From: an uncultured SAR86 cluster bacterium
GTDB taxonomy: Bacteria; Pseudomonadota; Gammaproteobacteria; Magnimaribacterales; TMED112
Assembly: GCA_902610995.1 (NCBI GenBank)
Contig: CACLXU010000001.1
Span: 144,422-208,421, forward strand
Length of the DNA: 64,000 bases
Direction: 5' to 3'
Position 1 is the stretch's first letter, and every line of letters starts with the position of its first letter. Shown one piece after another: positions 45,898 through 54,694 of this stretch. The notes beneath the pieces were generated by a model that searched no databases, had not been told where the DNA came from, and saw only the letters and a program-made list of their open reading frames with translations. The position numbers were made by a program, and so were the translations under genes.

Positions 45898-47279
45898 TAT
45901 TTATCCTCCCATTCTTTAACACCCAAATCAAAATCAGTGTGGGGCATAAAGTTACTAGCTTTATCAAATGCCAAAGCTCCATCTATATATACTTGTTCTG
46001 CTTTTGAATAGATGCTAAACGGATTACCACTCCAAATAACAATATCAGCATCTTTGCCTTCTTCAAGTGTCCCAGTTTGTTCAAGGATTCCAAGTGATTT
46101 TGCAGGATTTTTTGTGATCCATGTCATCGCGCGTCCCTCAGAAATGTCAAAACCCGCTTTTCTCCCTGCTGCAAGTGCCTTAGCAGCCTCTTGATTGAGT
46201 CTTTGTATTCCACTAGCGTCGTCAGAATGTACAATAGCGCACCCTTTCCCGCCTCTTGCTTGATCTACTATGGCGATGTTAGCTATAGACATGTCATATG
46301 CTTCATGCTTAAAGCCCCACCAGTCAGCCCAAAGAGCAGCACAGATACCCTCATCAGCTAAAAGATCAGCAATTTTATAAGCCTCAACTCCATGATGAAA
46401 AGTCGAAACTTTATAACCAAATTCATCGGAAATATTGATCATTGTTGCCATTTCATCAGCCCGATAACAATGGTTGTGAACTAGAATTTTTCCGTCTAAA
46501 ACTCCAACAAGTGTTTCATTTCTTAAATCTCTGAGATCAGGATTTTTTTCAAGACTATTTCTAAACTTTTCAGCACCAATCCAAGCTGTCCTATATCCAG
46601 CCACATTTCCCATTCTTGTAGAAGGGCCTCTTGACCTATAGACTCTTTTGGGATTTTCTCCACAAGCCATTTTCAACGAGTGTGGAGCTCCTGGAAATTT
46701 CATATCTGGAACAGTGTTTGCTGATACATTTTTCAAGGTAACACCTCTTCCTCCGAATAAGTTTGCTGAACCTGGGAGAACATGAAATGTTGTAATACCT
46801 CCTGCTAGAGCAAGCTTATATTGCGGATCTTGTGTCCAAACACTGTGCTCAGCCCAAACTTCAGCTGTTACAGGATTCGTAGCCTCGTTCCCATCGCTAC
46901 TTGTGCTTACACCTGGAGCAGGATATACGCCCATGTGTGAATGGTTATCGATGATTCCAGGAGTAACAAATTTACCCGTCCCATCAATTACTATTGCGTT
47001 TTCATCCTTAAGATCTGAGCCTATTGCTTTAATGTCACCATCTGAGAAATGAATATCATAATTTTCAAATTTATTACCATTACCATCAAATAAAGTGGAA
47101 TTTTTAATGATAATATTCTCTGACTGCAAAGGAACATATGTAGAGGCATATGTACCATGAATACTGTCTTCAAACTTCGATGCAGAACTATTGCTGCCAT
47201 TGTTACCGCTACCCATTGAAATTTCAGAGCAGCTAATTAGCAAAAAAATTGTTAAAACTGAAAAAAATCTTCCTAACAT
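45897..47279 (-). CDS. exported amidohydrolase (lipoprotein), HxH-containing
   Basis: 460 aa. Lipobox LLISC; PGIIDNHSHMG (HxH); VHNHCY; HHG; HSDD; GKDADIVIW. Confidence 0.75.
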   Translation of the reverse strand: MLGRFFSVLTIFLLISCSEISMGSGNNGSNSSASKFEDSIHGTYASTYVPLQSENIIIKNSTLFDGNGNKFENYDIHFSDGDIKAIGSDLKDENAIVIDGTGKFVTPGIIDNHSHMGVYPAPGVSTSSDGNEATNPVTAEVWAEHSVWTQDPQYKLALAGGITTFHVLPGSANLFGGRGVTLKNVSANTVPDMKFPGAPHSLKMACGENPKRVYRSRGPSTRMGNVAGYRTAWIGAEKFRNSLEKNPDLRDLRNETLVGVLDGKILVHNHCYRADEMATMINISDEFGYKVSTFHHGVEAYKIADLLADEGICAALWADWWGFKHEAYDMSIANIAIVDQARGGKGCAIVHSDDASGIQRLNQEAAKALAAGRKAGFDISEGRAMTWITKNPAKSLGILEQTGTLEEGKDADIVIWSGNPFSIYSKAEQVYIDGALAFDKASNFMPHTDFDLGVKEWEDK

Positions 47280-47314
47280 TTATAACTCCCTTTGAATGTA
47301 TAATACTAACAAAT

Positions 47315-48028
47315 ATGAGTTTGCAAAGAATAGATAAAAGAAAAAATAACCAGTTACGAGAGATTAATATAACTCCCAACTATAGTGCTCACGCAGAAGG
47401 CTCAGTTTTAATTAAATTTGGTAATACACATGTCCTTTGTAATGCCTCTGTTGAAAATGCTACCCCAAGATGGATGCAAACAAATAAGACTGGATGGATA
47501 ACTGCGGAGTATGGGATGCTTCCTAGATCAACAAATGAAAGAATGCCAAGAGAGGCTCAACGAGGAAAGCAGTCTGGAAGAACACAAGAAATACAAAGAC
47601 TAATTGGGAGATCTCTTAGACAGGTTGTAGACTTAGACGAGCTCACTGGATACACAATTACTATTGATTGTGATGTGATTCAAGCTGATGGCGGAACGAG
47701 AACTGCTTCAATTACTGGTGGCACCATTGCATTGTGTTTGGCACTTAAAAAAATTGGTAAAGAACACGCTATAAAAAGTCTGGTTGGTGCAATAAGTGTT
47801 GGCACTTTTAAGGATATGTTATTAATGGATTTAAATTATCATGAAGATAGCAATGCTCAAGCAGATGTAAATATTGTAATGAATGAAAATTTCGATTTAA
47901 TTGAAGTTCAGGGAACTGCTGAGGACAAACCTATTTCTAAGAGTGATTTTAATGAACTAATTAAAATGGCTGAAATTGGGATAGGCGAGATTATAAAATT
48001 GCAAAAGAAGATATTGAAAGAAGCGTGA
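47315..48028 (+). CDS. rph: ribonuclease PH
   Basis: GSVLIKFGNTHVLC, TQEIQRLIGRSLR, DCDVIQADGGTRTASITG. I prefer the start at 47315 (MSLQRIDKR); the track ORF from 47249 adds a hydrophobic, non-homologous extension. Confidence 0.95.
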   Translation: MSLQRIDKRKNNQLREINITPNYSAHAEGSVLIKFGNTHVLCNASVENATPRWMQTNKTGWITAEYGMLPRSTNERMPREAQRGKQSGRTQEIQRLIGRSLRQVVDLDELTGYTITIDCDVIQADGGTRTASITGGTIALCLALKKIGKEHAIKSLVGAISVGTFKDMLLMDLNYHEDSNAQADVNIVMNENFDLIEVQGTAEDKPISKSDFNELIKMAEIGIGEIIKLQKKILKEA

Positions 48029-48663
48029 AAGGGTTCCAGGAAAAATTTTTAAAGTTAGCTATTGAAGCCAAAGCGCTAAAATTTGGTAAATATGTACTTA
48101 AATCTGGTAGGAATAGTCCATATTTTTTTAATGCATCGGCATTTTTAGAACACGGTTCATTAAAATCTCTCTCACAAATCATGGTGGAAAAAGTCAATGA
48201 TGCAAACCTTAAATTTGATATGATTTTTGGGCCTGCCTATAAGGGTATATTTCTTGGCACCTTGCTTGCAAATGAAATGAGTAGCAAAAGAAAGATTCCA
48301 GTATGTTTCAATAGGAAGGAAATAAAAGATCACGGTGAAGGTGGGTCCTTGATCGGAGCAAGTCCCAAAGGAAAAATTTTAATTGTTGATGACGTCTTAT
48401 CCTCTGGTCTGGCGATAAGGGAAAGCATTGAAATATTAAAGCCTTTTGATACAGAGATTGTCGGAGTTCTTGTAGCTCTAAATCGGCAAGAAAGAGGTCA
48501 AGAGTCAGACCAGATGGCAGCTGAAGAATTGCGAGAAAGCGGAATACCTATTTTTGAAATTGTGTCCTTAGATGACATGATAGGTTCAAAAAATGTTATT
48601 TCTAACAAAGATTTAGAGCTCATGAATGAATATCGAAAAAATTACAGAGGTGCCGATGTTTAG
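48025..48663 (+). CDS. pyrE: orotate phosphoribosyltransferase
   Basis: 212 aa, GTG start overlapping the rph stop. FGPAYKGI, PRPP loop LIVDDVLSSG. Confidence 0.95.
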   Translation: MKGFQEKFLKLAIEAKALKFGKYVLKSGRNSPYFFNASAFLEHGSLKSLSQIMVEKVNDANLKFDMIFGPAYKGIFLGTLLANEMSSKRKIPVCFNRKEIKDHGEGGSLIGASPKGKILIVDDVLSSGLAIRESIEILKPFDTEIVGVLVALNRQERGQESDQMAAEELRESGIPIFEIVSLDDMIGSKNVISNKDLELMNEYRKNYRGADV

Positions 48664-49261
48664 TGGAATTATTCAAGAAATAGGAATAGTAGAAAAAATA
48701 TCTGCGGCAAATAATATTCAAAAGATACAAATTAAATGTACAAAGGGGTTTTTAAAAAATCTCAAAGTTGGTGATAGCGTCTCTGTAGACGGGGTCTGCC
48801 TCACCGTCGTAAAGTTTGAAAAAGAGATGCTATTTTTTGATGTTATTGAAGAGACTATTTCAAGATCAATAATTAAAGAGTATAAGATTGGGGCAAAAGT
48901 TAATCTTGAAAACTCTCTGAAGTATGGTGAAAGCGTTGGGGGTCACCTTTGTTCAGGACATGTTCATACAAAAGGAGTAGTAAAAGAGGTTGAATTGAAT
49001 GGTGATTCAAAAAATGTACTTATTGAAGTGGATCAAAAATGGTCAAAATATGTGCTCGAAAAAGGATATATTTCAATAAATGGATGCAGCCTAACTGTTG
49101 GAAAAGTTTCGAGAAATAGTTTTAACCTTCATTTAATTCCCGAAACATTAAGAGCCACTAATTTAGACAACCTTGTCTTCGGACAATTTGTAAATACTGA
49201 ATTAGATCAAAGCACAATCGCAATCGTAGATACCACCGAAAGATTAGCTCATAGAAATTAA
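48656..49261 (+). CDS. ribE: riboflavin synthase (alpha chain)
   Basis: MFSGIIQEIG start and two lumazine-binding repeats (GDSVSVDGVCLTV, SINGCSLTV). The track ORF from 48626 adds 10 upstream codons. Confidence 0.9.
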   Translation: MFSGIIQEIGIVEKISAANNIQKIQIKCTKGFLKNLKVGDSVSVDGVCLTVVKFEKEMLFFDVIEETISRSIIKEYKIGAKVNLENSLKYGESVGGHLCSGHVHTKGVVKEVELNGDSKNVLIEVDQKWSKYVLEKGYISINGCSLTVGKVSRNSFNLHLIPETLRATNLDNLVFGQFVNTELDQSTIAIVDTTERLAHRN

Positions 49262-50128
49262 TTTTAACAAGGCAACCCTAAGATAAAGGCCATTCTCAAC
49301 TTGTTTCAAAATAAGGGAATTTCTTCCTTCCACAATTTCTCTAGTAACTTCAATACCTATGTTCACTGGACCAGGATGCATAACGTTACCCTGAAATTTT
49401 GTTAGTTCTATAAATTTTTTATTTACCTGATAGTTCTCTGCAAAAAAATCATTTTCTATATCTTCGTCTTTGCTGAATCTTTCTTTTTGAATTCGCAAGA
49501 CATACAAAATATCACAATCTGATAGCATTCCATCAACAATTTCGGTTTTGCAATTCTCATTTGGTAGGCATAGGTTTTTAGGTGCTAAAAAACGAATATT
49601 TTTACATTCAAATTTCTTAAGTGCCTCTATAAGGGATGGAATAACTCTTGAATGCTTTGCATCTCCGTGAATTGTTATATTTAGTTTCGATAAATCCACT
49701 AACTCATGCATTGTAAATGCATCTAATAAACCCTGTGTGGGATGTGCATAGTTTCCGTCTCCAGCATTAATGAAGAAAACACTTTCTGGAAGCATATTTA
49801 TTATTTTTTCAGATATTCCTGTTTCAGGATGTCTTATTATTAATCCGTCAACTTTTAGTGAAAGTATTGTTTTAATAGTATCTTCAAGTGATTCGCCCTT
49901 TTCTATTGAGGAGTGTGAGGGAGAGAAATCAATAACATCAAAGCCAAGCTTTTTTGCAGCATGTTCAAAAGAAAGCTTTGTTCTAGTGCTTGGCTCCCAA
50001 AAAATAAGGCAAACTGTTTTTCTTGAGCCCCCTAATTCAGGCCAGTCTTTCTTTACAATTTTCGTAAGATTGAATAGTTCTAAAATAAATTCTTTTGATA
50101 GCTTTGCTACGCTTGTTATTTTATTCAT
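49244..50128 (-). CDS. pyrB: aspartate carbamoyltransferase catalytic subunit
   Basis: 294 aa. STRTKLSFE, HPTQGLLD, HPGP. No pyrI or pyrC-like partner is adjacent. Confidence 0.9.
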   Translation of the reverse strand: MNKITSVAKLSKEFILELFNLTKIVKKDWPELGGSRKTVCLIFWEPSTRTKLSFEHAAKKLGFDVIDFSPSHSSIEKGESLEDTIKTILSLKVDGLIIRHPETGISEKIINMLPESVFFINAGDGNYAHPTQGLLDAFTMHELVDLSKLNITIHGDAKHSRVIPSLIEALKKFECKNIRFLAPKNLCLPNENCKTEIVDGMLSDCDILYVLRIQKERFSKDEDIENDFFAENYQVNKKFIELTKFQGNVMHPGPVNIGIEVTREIVEGRNSLILKQVENGLYLRVALLKLISMS

Positions 50129-52272
50129 TGTCCATGCCTACTTACTGAAGTTACCATCTTATGATTATCTAAGCTTTCAATTATCAAACTTAGGTGATTA
50201 AGATCATATACTAATGCTCTTAAATTGATCTCCACAAAGTTTTCGTCTAAATGCCTTGATGATACAGATTCTATATTTGTATTATTTTCAGAGATTAGTT
50301 TTGTAATATCCGCTAAAACGCCTGGTTCATTTTTCATTGTGATATTCAATGCTGATAAAAACTCAGATGACTTTGATTTTTCCCAGACCACATTTGAGTA
50401 TCTTCCAGATTTGTTTAATAGCCCATGCAGGTTATTGCATTCATTCCTGTGAATTGTAATTCCAGTTTCAGTATGAATTGCAAGAGAAGGATCTCCTGAA
50501 ACAGGATAGCAGCATTCTGGGAACTTTAAAGCTCCATATTTTTTTGGAGACCCAATTTTAATTTCTGGTGCTAGTTGCGTCATTTTTTTCTTTTTACCTC
50601 TTAATGCCTCTGAGAAGCTTTGTGAAACAAAATTACTTGTTCGTTTTCCCGATCCTATGTCTACAAGGAGCTGGTTCAAGGACCTTGCTCCAAGTATTTG
50701 AAATATTTCTTTTAATTGCTCATTGGGATATTCCTTTAATTCAATGCCTGAATCTTGTAATGATTCCTCGAGAAGATCTTTACCAAGTGCTCGAGCATCA
50801 CTTATTTTTATCTGCTTTAATTGTTTTTTAATTTCGGAAATTGCTTTTGACGAAACGACAAAATTTAGCCAGTCAGGATTAACATTTTTCTTTTTGCTCT
50901 TTATGATTTCTATGGTTTGGCCACTTTTTAATATTGTTGATAGAGGTGCTAACTTCTTATCTATTTCACATGCCAAGCAGTAATTGCCCAAGGAAGAGTG
51001 CACGGTATAAGCATAATCTATAGGTGTTGATCCGCTTTTTAAAGTAAATATTTTTCCATTAGGTGAGAATACATATACATCCTTTCCGCTTAAATCTGAC
51101 TTAATATTTTCTAGAAACTCCAGAGATGATGAACTTCTATCCTTTGTTTCAATTAACCTCTGAACTAGCTGCCTTGATTTTGCCTGAATCAAATCATCAC
51201 TTACGTTTGTTTTATAAAGTCCATGTGATGCAATACCATAACTAGCAAAAGTTTCCATGGCATCAGTCTGAATCTGAACTTCCATCGGCACTCCATCAAA
51301 TGTCATAACGCTTGTATGGATGGCTTGATATCCATTGTTTTTTGGAACGGCTATATAGTCCTTAAACCTGCCAGTAATTGGTGTAAATAGATTATGAATT
51401 ATACCTAAGGACTTATAACAATTTTCAGCATTTTCGACGATTATCCTAAACGCAAAAACGTCATATATGTCTGAAAAAGATTTTTTCTTTTTCATCTTTT
51501 GGTAAATACTAAAGATTCTTTTTTCGCGACCAGTAATCTTTACTTCTATTCTTGCATCACTAAATTTCTTTCTTACTGCTTTTTTTACTCTTGAAATAAG
51601 ATGATCACGGCTTAAATCGTTTTTCTTTAGCGCGTCCTCTATCATTTTATGCCTAATTGGGTGAATTGTTTTGAATGATATATCCTCAAGCTCCACTGCC
51701 ATTTTGTGCATTCCTATTTGATGTGCCAAAGGAGCATAAAGATCCAGTGTCTCTCTACTTTTTTTTATTTGTTTCTCTCTTGGCAAATGTTCAATTGTTT
51801 TTAAATTGTGAAGCCTATCTGCTAGCTTTATGATGACAACTCGGACATCTTCAGCGGTGGCCAGGGCCATCTTTTGAAAATTTTCAGCCTGACTGTCACC
51901 TTTAATTTTTTCATCTAGTTGAAGCAGTTTAGTAACACCATTTACTAGCACGCTTACATTTTTTCCAAATTCCTTTTTTACTTTTGAAATAGGAATTTCA
52001 CAATCTTCGACGACATCATGCAACAAACCAGCAATAATCGTATCAGCATCCATTTTCAAAGATGCAAGAATGAGGCCAACATTTATAGGATGCATTAAAA
52101 ACGGCTCTCCACTTTTTCTATACTGGCCTTGATGTGCTGAATCAGCAAATTCGATTGCCTTTTTTATTTTTTCACTAGAAGGTGAATTTAGATAAAGTTT
52201 AGATAACTGGTCGAGCTTATCTCCCAGTTTCGAAGTTTGTGGTTTTTTGAAAAAGTTTAATGTGTCAAACAA
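50125..52272 (-). CDS. spoT: bifunctional (p)ppGpp synthetase/hydrolase
   Basis: 715 aa. HD domain (HDVVED), synthetase core (RFKDYIAVPKNNGYQAIHT), and TGS and ACT-like C-terminal regions. Confidence 0.9.
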   Translation of the reverse strand: MFDTLNFFKKPQTSKLGDKLDQLSKLYLNSPSSEKIKKAIEFADSAHQGQYRKSGEPFLMHPINVGLILASLKMDADTIIAGLLHDVVEDCEIPISKVKKEFGKNVSVLVNGVTKLLQLDEKIKGDSQAENFQKMALATAEDVRVVIIKLADRLHNLKTIEHLPREKQIKKSRETLDLYAPLAHQIGMHKMAVELEDISFKTIHPIRHKMIEDALKKNDLSRDHLISRVKKAVRKKFSDARIEVKITGREKRIFSIYQKMKKKKSFSDIYDVFAFRIIVENAENCYKSLGIIHNLFTPITGRFKDYIAVPKNNGYQAIHTSVMTFDGVPMEVQIQTDAMETFASYGIASHGLYKTNVSDDLIQAKSRQLVQRLIETKDRSSSSLEFLENIKSDLSGKDVYVFSPNGKIFTLKSGSTPIDYAYTVHSSLGNYCLACEIDKKLAPLSTILKSGQTIEIIKSKKKNVNPDWLNFVVSSKAISEIKKQLKQIKISDARALGKDLLEESLQDSGIELKEYPNEQLKEIFQILGARSLNQLLVDIGSGKRTSNFVSQSFSEALRGKKKKMTQLAPEIKIGSPKKYGALKFPECCYPVSGDPSLAIHTETGITIHRNECNNLHGLLNKSGRYSNVVWEKSKSSEFLSALNITMKNEPGVLADITKLISENNTNIESVSSRHLDENFVEINLRALVYDLNHLSLIIESLDNHKMVTSVSRHGQ

Positions 52273-52280
52273 AAATAAAA

Positions 52281-52523
52281 CTACTCCTCATCTTCATTAT
52301 CGAGAAAAACTTCTTCAGTGTCACTAGAAGCTAAATTTTCTTCTGTGAGAACACCTTCTTCAATTTCTCGCAAAGCGATGATTGTAGGTTTATCATTTTC
52401 AGGTTCCACTAAAGGCTCGGCACTTGTAGATATTAAGTCCCTTGCTCTATCGGCTGCCTTAAGCACTAAGTCGAATCTACTTTCAACTTGCTTTAAGCAT
52501 CCTTCTACGGTAATTCTAGCCAT
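52281..52523 (-). CDS. rpoZ: DNA-directed RNA polymerase subunit omega
   Basis: 80 aa. [10 protein letters not shown]...[13 protein letters not shown]. Confidence 0.9.
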   Translation of the reverse strand: MARITVEGCLKQVESRFDLVLKAADRARDLISTSAEPLVEPENDKPTIIALREIEEGVLTEENLASSDTEEVFLDNEDEE

Positions 52524-53109
52524 TGTTTTCTCTGAAGATGATATTTAAAAGGTTTTTAGTTGCTATGTCTAGTGAAATATTGGTTATTTCATACTGAAAT
52601 TTTGAAGACTTTTCCATCTCAAGAGCTGCTCCAGCAACCCTTTTGTTTATAACTTCCTCGGAATCTAAGCCTCTTTTTACCAATCTATCTTTTAATTCTT
52701 CAATTGAAGGAGGAGAAATGAATATGCTTTTTGCCAATGGATATTTTTGCATCACGTTTAGAGCTCCTTGCCAATCTATCTCCAAAAGAACTTTATAACC
52801 ACTTTGTATTTTGCTATCAATAAATTCTTGTGGAGTTCCATATAAATTTTCGTGGACAATAGCATATTCAATATATTTATTGCCCTGAATATTTTTATTA
52901 AATGTTTCTTCATCAACGAAAAGATAATCTTTTCCGTTTATCTCACCTTTTCGTGGTTTACGTGTAGTGTGCGAGATTGATAGAAATATTTTTTCTTCAT
53001 TTTCTTGAGCATACTTAAGAATGTTTTTTATGAGAGTTGTCTTTCCTGCTCCTGATGGAGCAGTAATAATAATTAAGTTTTCTGAGAAATTATTCAATGT
53101 TCTGGGCAT
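52516..53109 (-). CDS. gmk: guanylate kinase
   Basis: 197 aa. [22 protein letters not shown]. Confidence 0.95.
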   Translation of the reverse strand: MPRTLNNFSENLIIITAPSGAGKTTLIKNILKYAQENEEKIFLSISHTTRKPRKGEINGKDYLFVDEETFNKNIQGNKYIEYAIVHENLYGTPQEFIDSKIQSGYKVLLEIDWQGALNVMQKYPLAKSIFISPPSIEELKDRLVKRGLDSEEVINKRVAGAALEMEKSSKFQYEITNISLDIATKNLLNIIFRENNG

Positions 53110-53935
53110 GCTCCTTTACCTTTTCAATGCAGCTCTTTAAGTCAACCACTCGATTTTTAATTTCAATAATTCCAGCTTTTGAGCTCATTGTATTTGCCTC
53201 TCTTACCATTTCTTGAGAATAAAAATCTATTTTTTTTCCAATTATTTTTTTGCTTGATAAAAGTTTAGTAACTAGGGCAAGGTGAGAGTTAAACCTAACT
53301 ATTTCCTCATTTATATCTGCTTTGCCAAGGGAAGAAATTACTTCAGAAAAATTTATTTCACTGCTACTTACCTTAAGATCTTTTTGGTATTTATTTATTC
53401 TTTCATATGCTTTTTGAATATTCTTTTTTTCAAGTTTTTTTACTTGTGATATATTTTTTTTCATTAATTTTGTCAGGCGAATTAAATCTTTCCTGATTGA
53501 ATCTCCCTCTGCTGATCGCGTATCTATAAGTTTATCTATACTTTTCCTAACGAGACTTTTTAAGCTGGAGCTTTTAATATTCAATTGTTTTTGTGAGATT
53601 TCACTTATTTTTAAGATTTCAGAATAAGAAATTTTTTGAAGGTCAAGGCCCTTAGATCTAATCTTTTTTTCATTATTCTTGATTTCTTTAATTAGTTTTG
53701 GTGAGACTGAGAGATGATGATCGATTGCACGAGAGTAAAAAATTTCAAGTTCCACTTTTCCTCTTGAGAGGTTTTTTTGTAACAACTCTCTAATCCATCC
53801 TTCATTTGACTTGAGGTTATTTGGAAGTTTAATTAGGATTTCTAAAAACCTGCTGTTTAATGACTTAGCAATGCATTTAAATTCTATTCCGTTTTCTTGC
53901 AGACTATTTTCACTAAAGCCAGTCATGCTGTTCAT
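53090..53935 (-). CDS. yicC: YicC family stress-induced protein
   Basis: 281 aa. MNSMTGF start and C-terminal EMVREANTMSSKA...[16 protein letters not shown] pattern. Confidence 0.85.
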   Translation of the reverse strand: MNSMTGFSENSLQENGIEFKCIAKSLNSRFLEILIKLPNNLKSNEGWIRELLQKNLSRGKVELEIFYSRAIDHHLSVSPKLIKEIKNNEKKIRSKGLDLQKISYSEILKISEISQKQLNIKSSSLKSLVRKSIDKLIDTRSAEGDSIRKDLIRLTKLMKKNISQVKKLEKKNIQKAYERINKYQKDLKVSSSEINFSEVISSLGKADINEEIVRFNSHLALVTKLLSSKKIIGKKIDFYSQEMVREANTMSSKAGIIEIKNRVVDLKSCIEKVKEHAQNIE

Positions 53936-54663
53936 ATGATTTCCTTAATACTGTTAAAATTAAAATTTTCTGGGTTATTGTAGTGTATAGATTTTATCTT
54001 TGCGTTTACAGTTTCTCCTTTGAACTTGGGGAAAAGTTCAGAGTATTTTGCTGAAACTGGCATTACACAGTTAATGAGCTTTTCTTTCTTATTGCCTTCA
54101 ATCATAGAACTGATTATTTTCACGACATCGGAAATATGAATTGCATTAATATGCTTATTTTCACTAAATAAATTTTTTTTAACTACTAATTCAACAAAAT
54201 TTGATGTTGATGTTATAAGCCCTGAAAGTCTTAAAATATAAGCAGATTGTTGTTGTTGAATGATTCTTTCATATTCTGCAATAACCTTGCCCTGAGGATC
54301 TGTTGGTTTTGTATTAAATGTTTCATCAATCTCGACATTAATATACCCAGATAACACTCTCGTTGATGAAAAAAATATTTTTTTTGATGTCTGAAACATA
54401 TTGAATATCCTATCTAGCTGACTTAAAAACCCCTCCTTGTAGCTTTCAATATCGTTATCTCTGGTTTTTGGGAAAAATAAGACCCAATCTGGGCTTAAAT
54501 TTTTAGCAACTTCCGGTATTTTCACAGAATAGTCTTGATGAATTATTTTTACATTCGATAATTTTGTACCCTTGTTCCTTCTTATGCCAAGAATCTCTAC
54601 GCCTCTATTTACTTTTGCAAATTCCTCTGCAATTTCACCATATCCAATAACTAATATTTTCAT
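53932..54663 (-). CDS. Rossmann-fold NAD(P)-binding protein (SDR/epimerase-like), function unknown
   Basis: 243 aa. Only an N-terminal MKILVIGYGEIAEEF dinucleotide-fold-like start is recognisable. First gene of the overlapping yicC-gmk-rpoZ-spoT-pyrB string. Confidence 0.45.
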   Translation of the reverse strand: MKILVIGYGEIAEEFAKVNRGVEILGIRRNKGTKLSNVKIIHQDYSVKIPEVAKNLSPDWVLFFPKTRDNDIESYKEGFLSQLDRIFNMFQTSKKIFFSSTRVLSGYINVEIDETFNTKPTDPQGKVIAEYERIIQQQQSAYILRLSGLITSTSNFVELVVKKNLFSENKHINAIHISDVVKIISSMIEGNKKEKLINCVMPVSAKYSELFPKFKGETVNAKIKSIHYNNPENFNFNSIKEII

Positions 54664-54694
54664 TTTCTTCTTTTAACAATAATAATAAATATAT

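Noticed and set aside
49770-50201. A 143-aa plus-strand ORF spanning the pyrB start and the spoT end.
   Set aside because: It is antisense to two strongly supported genes. It is low-complexity and Ser/Phe/Ile-rich, as expected from AT-rich antisense frames, and contains no recognisable motif.
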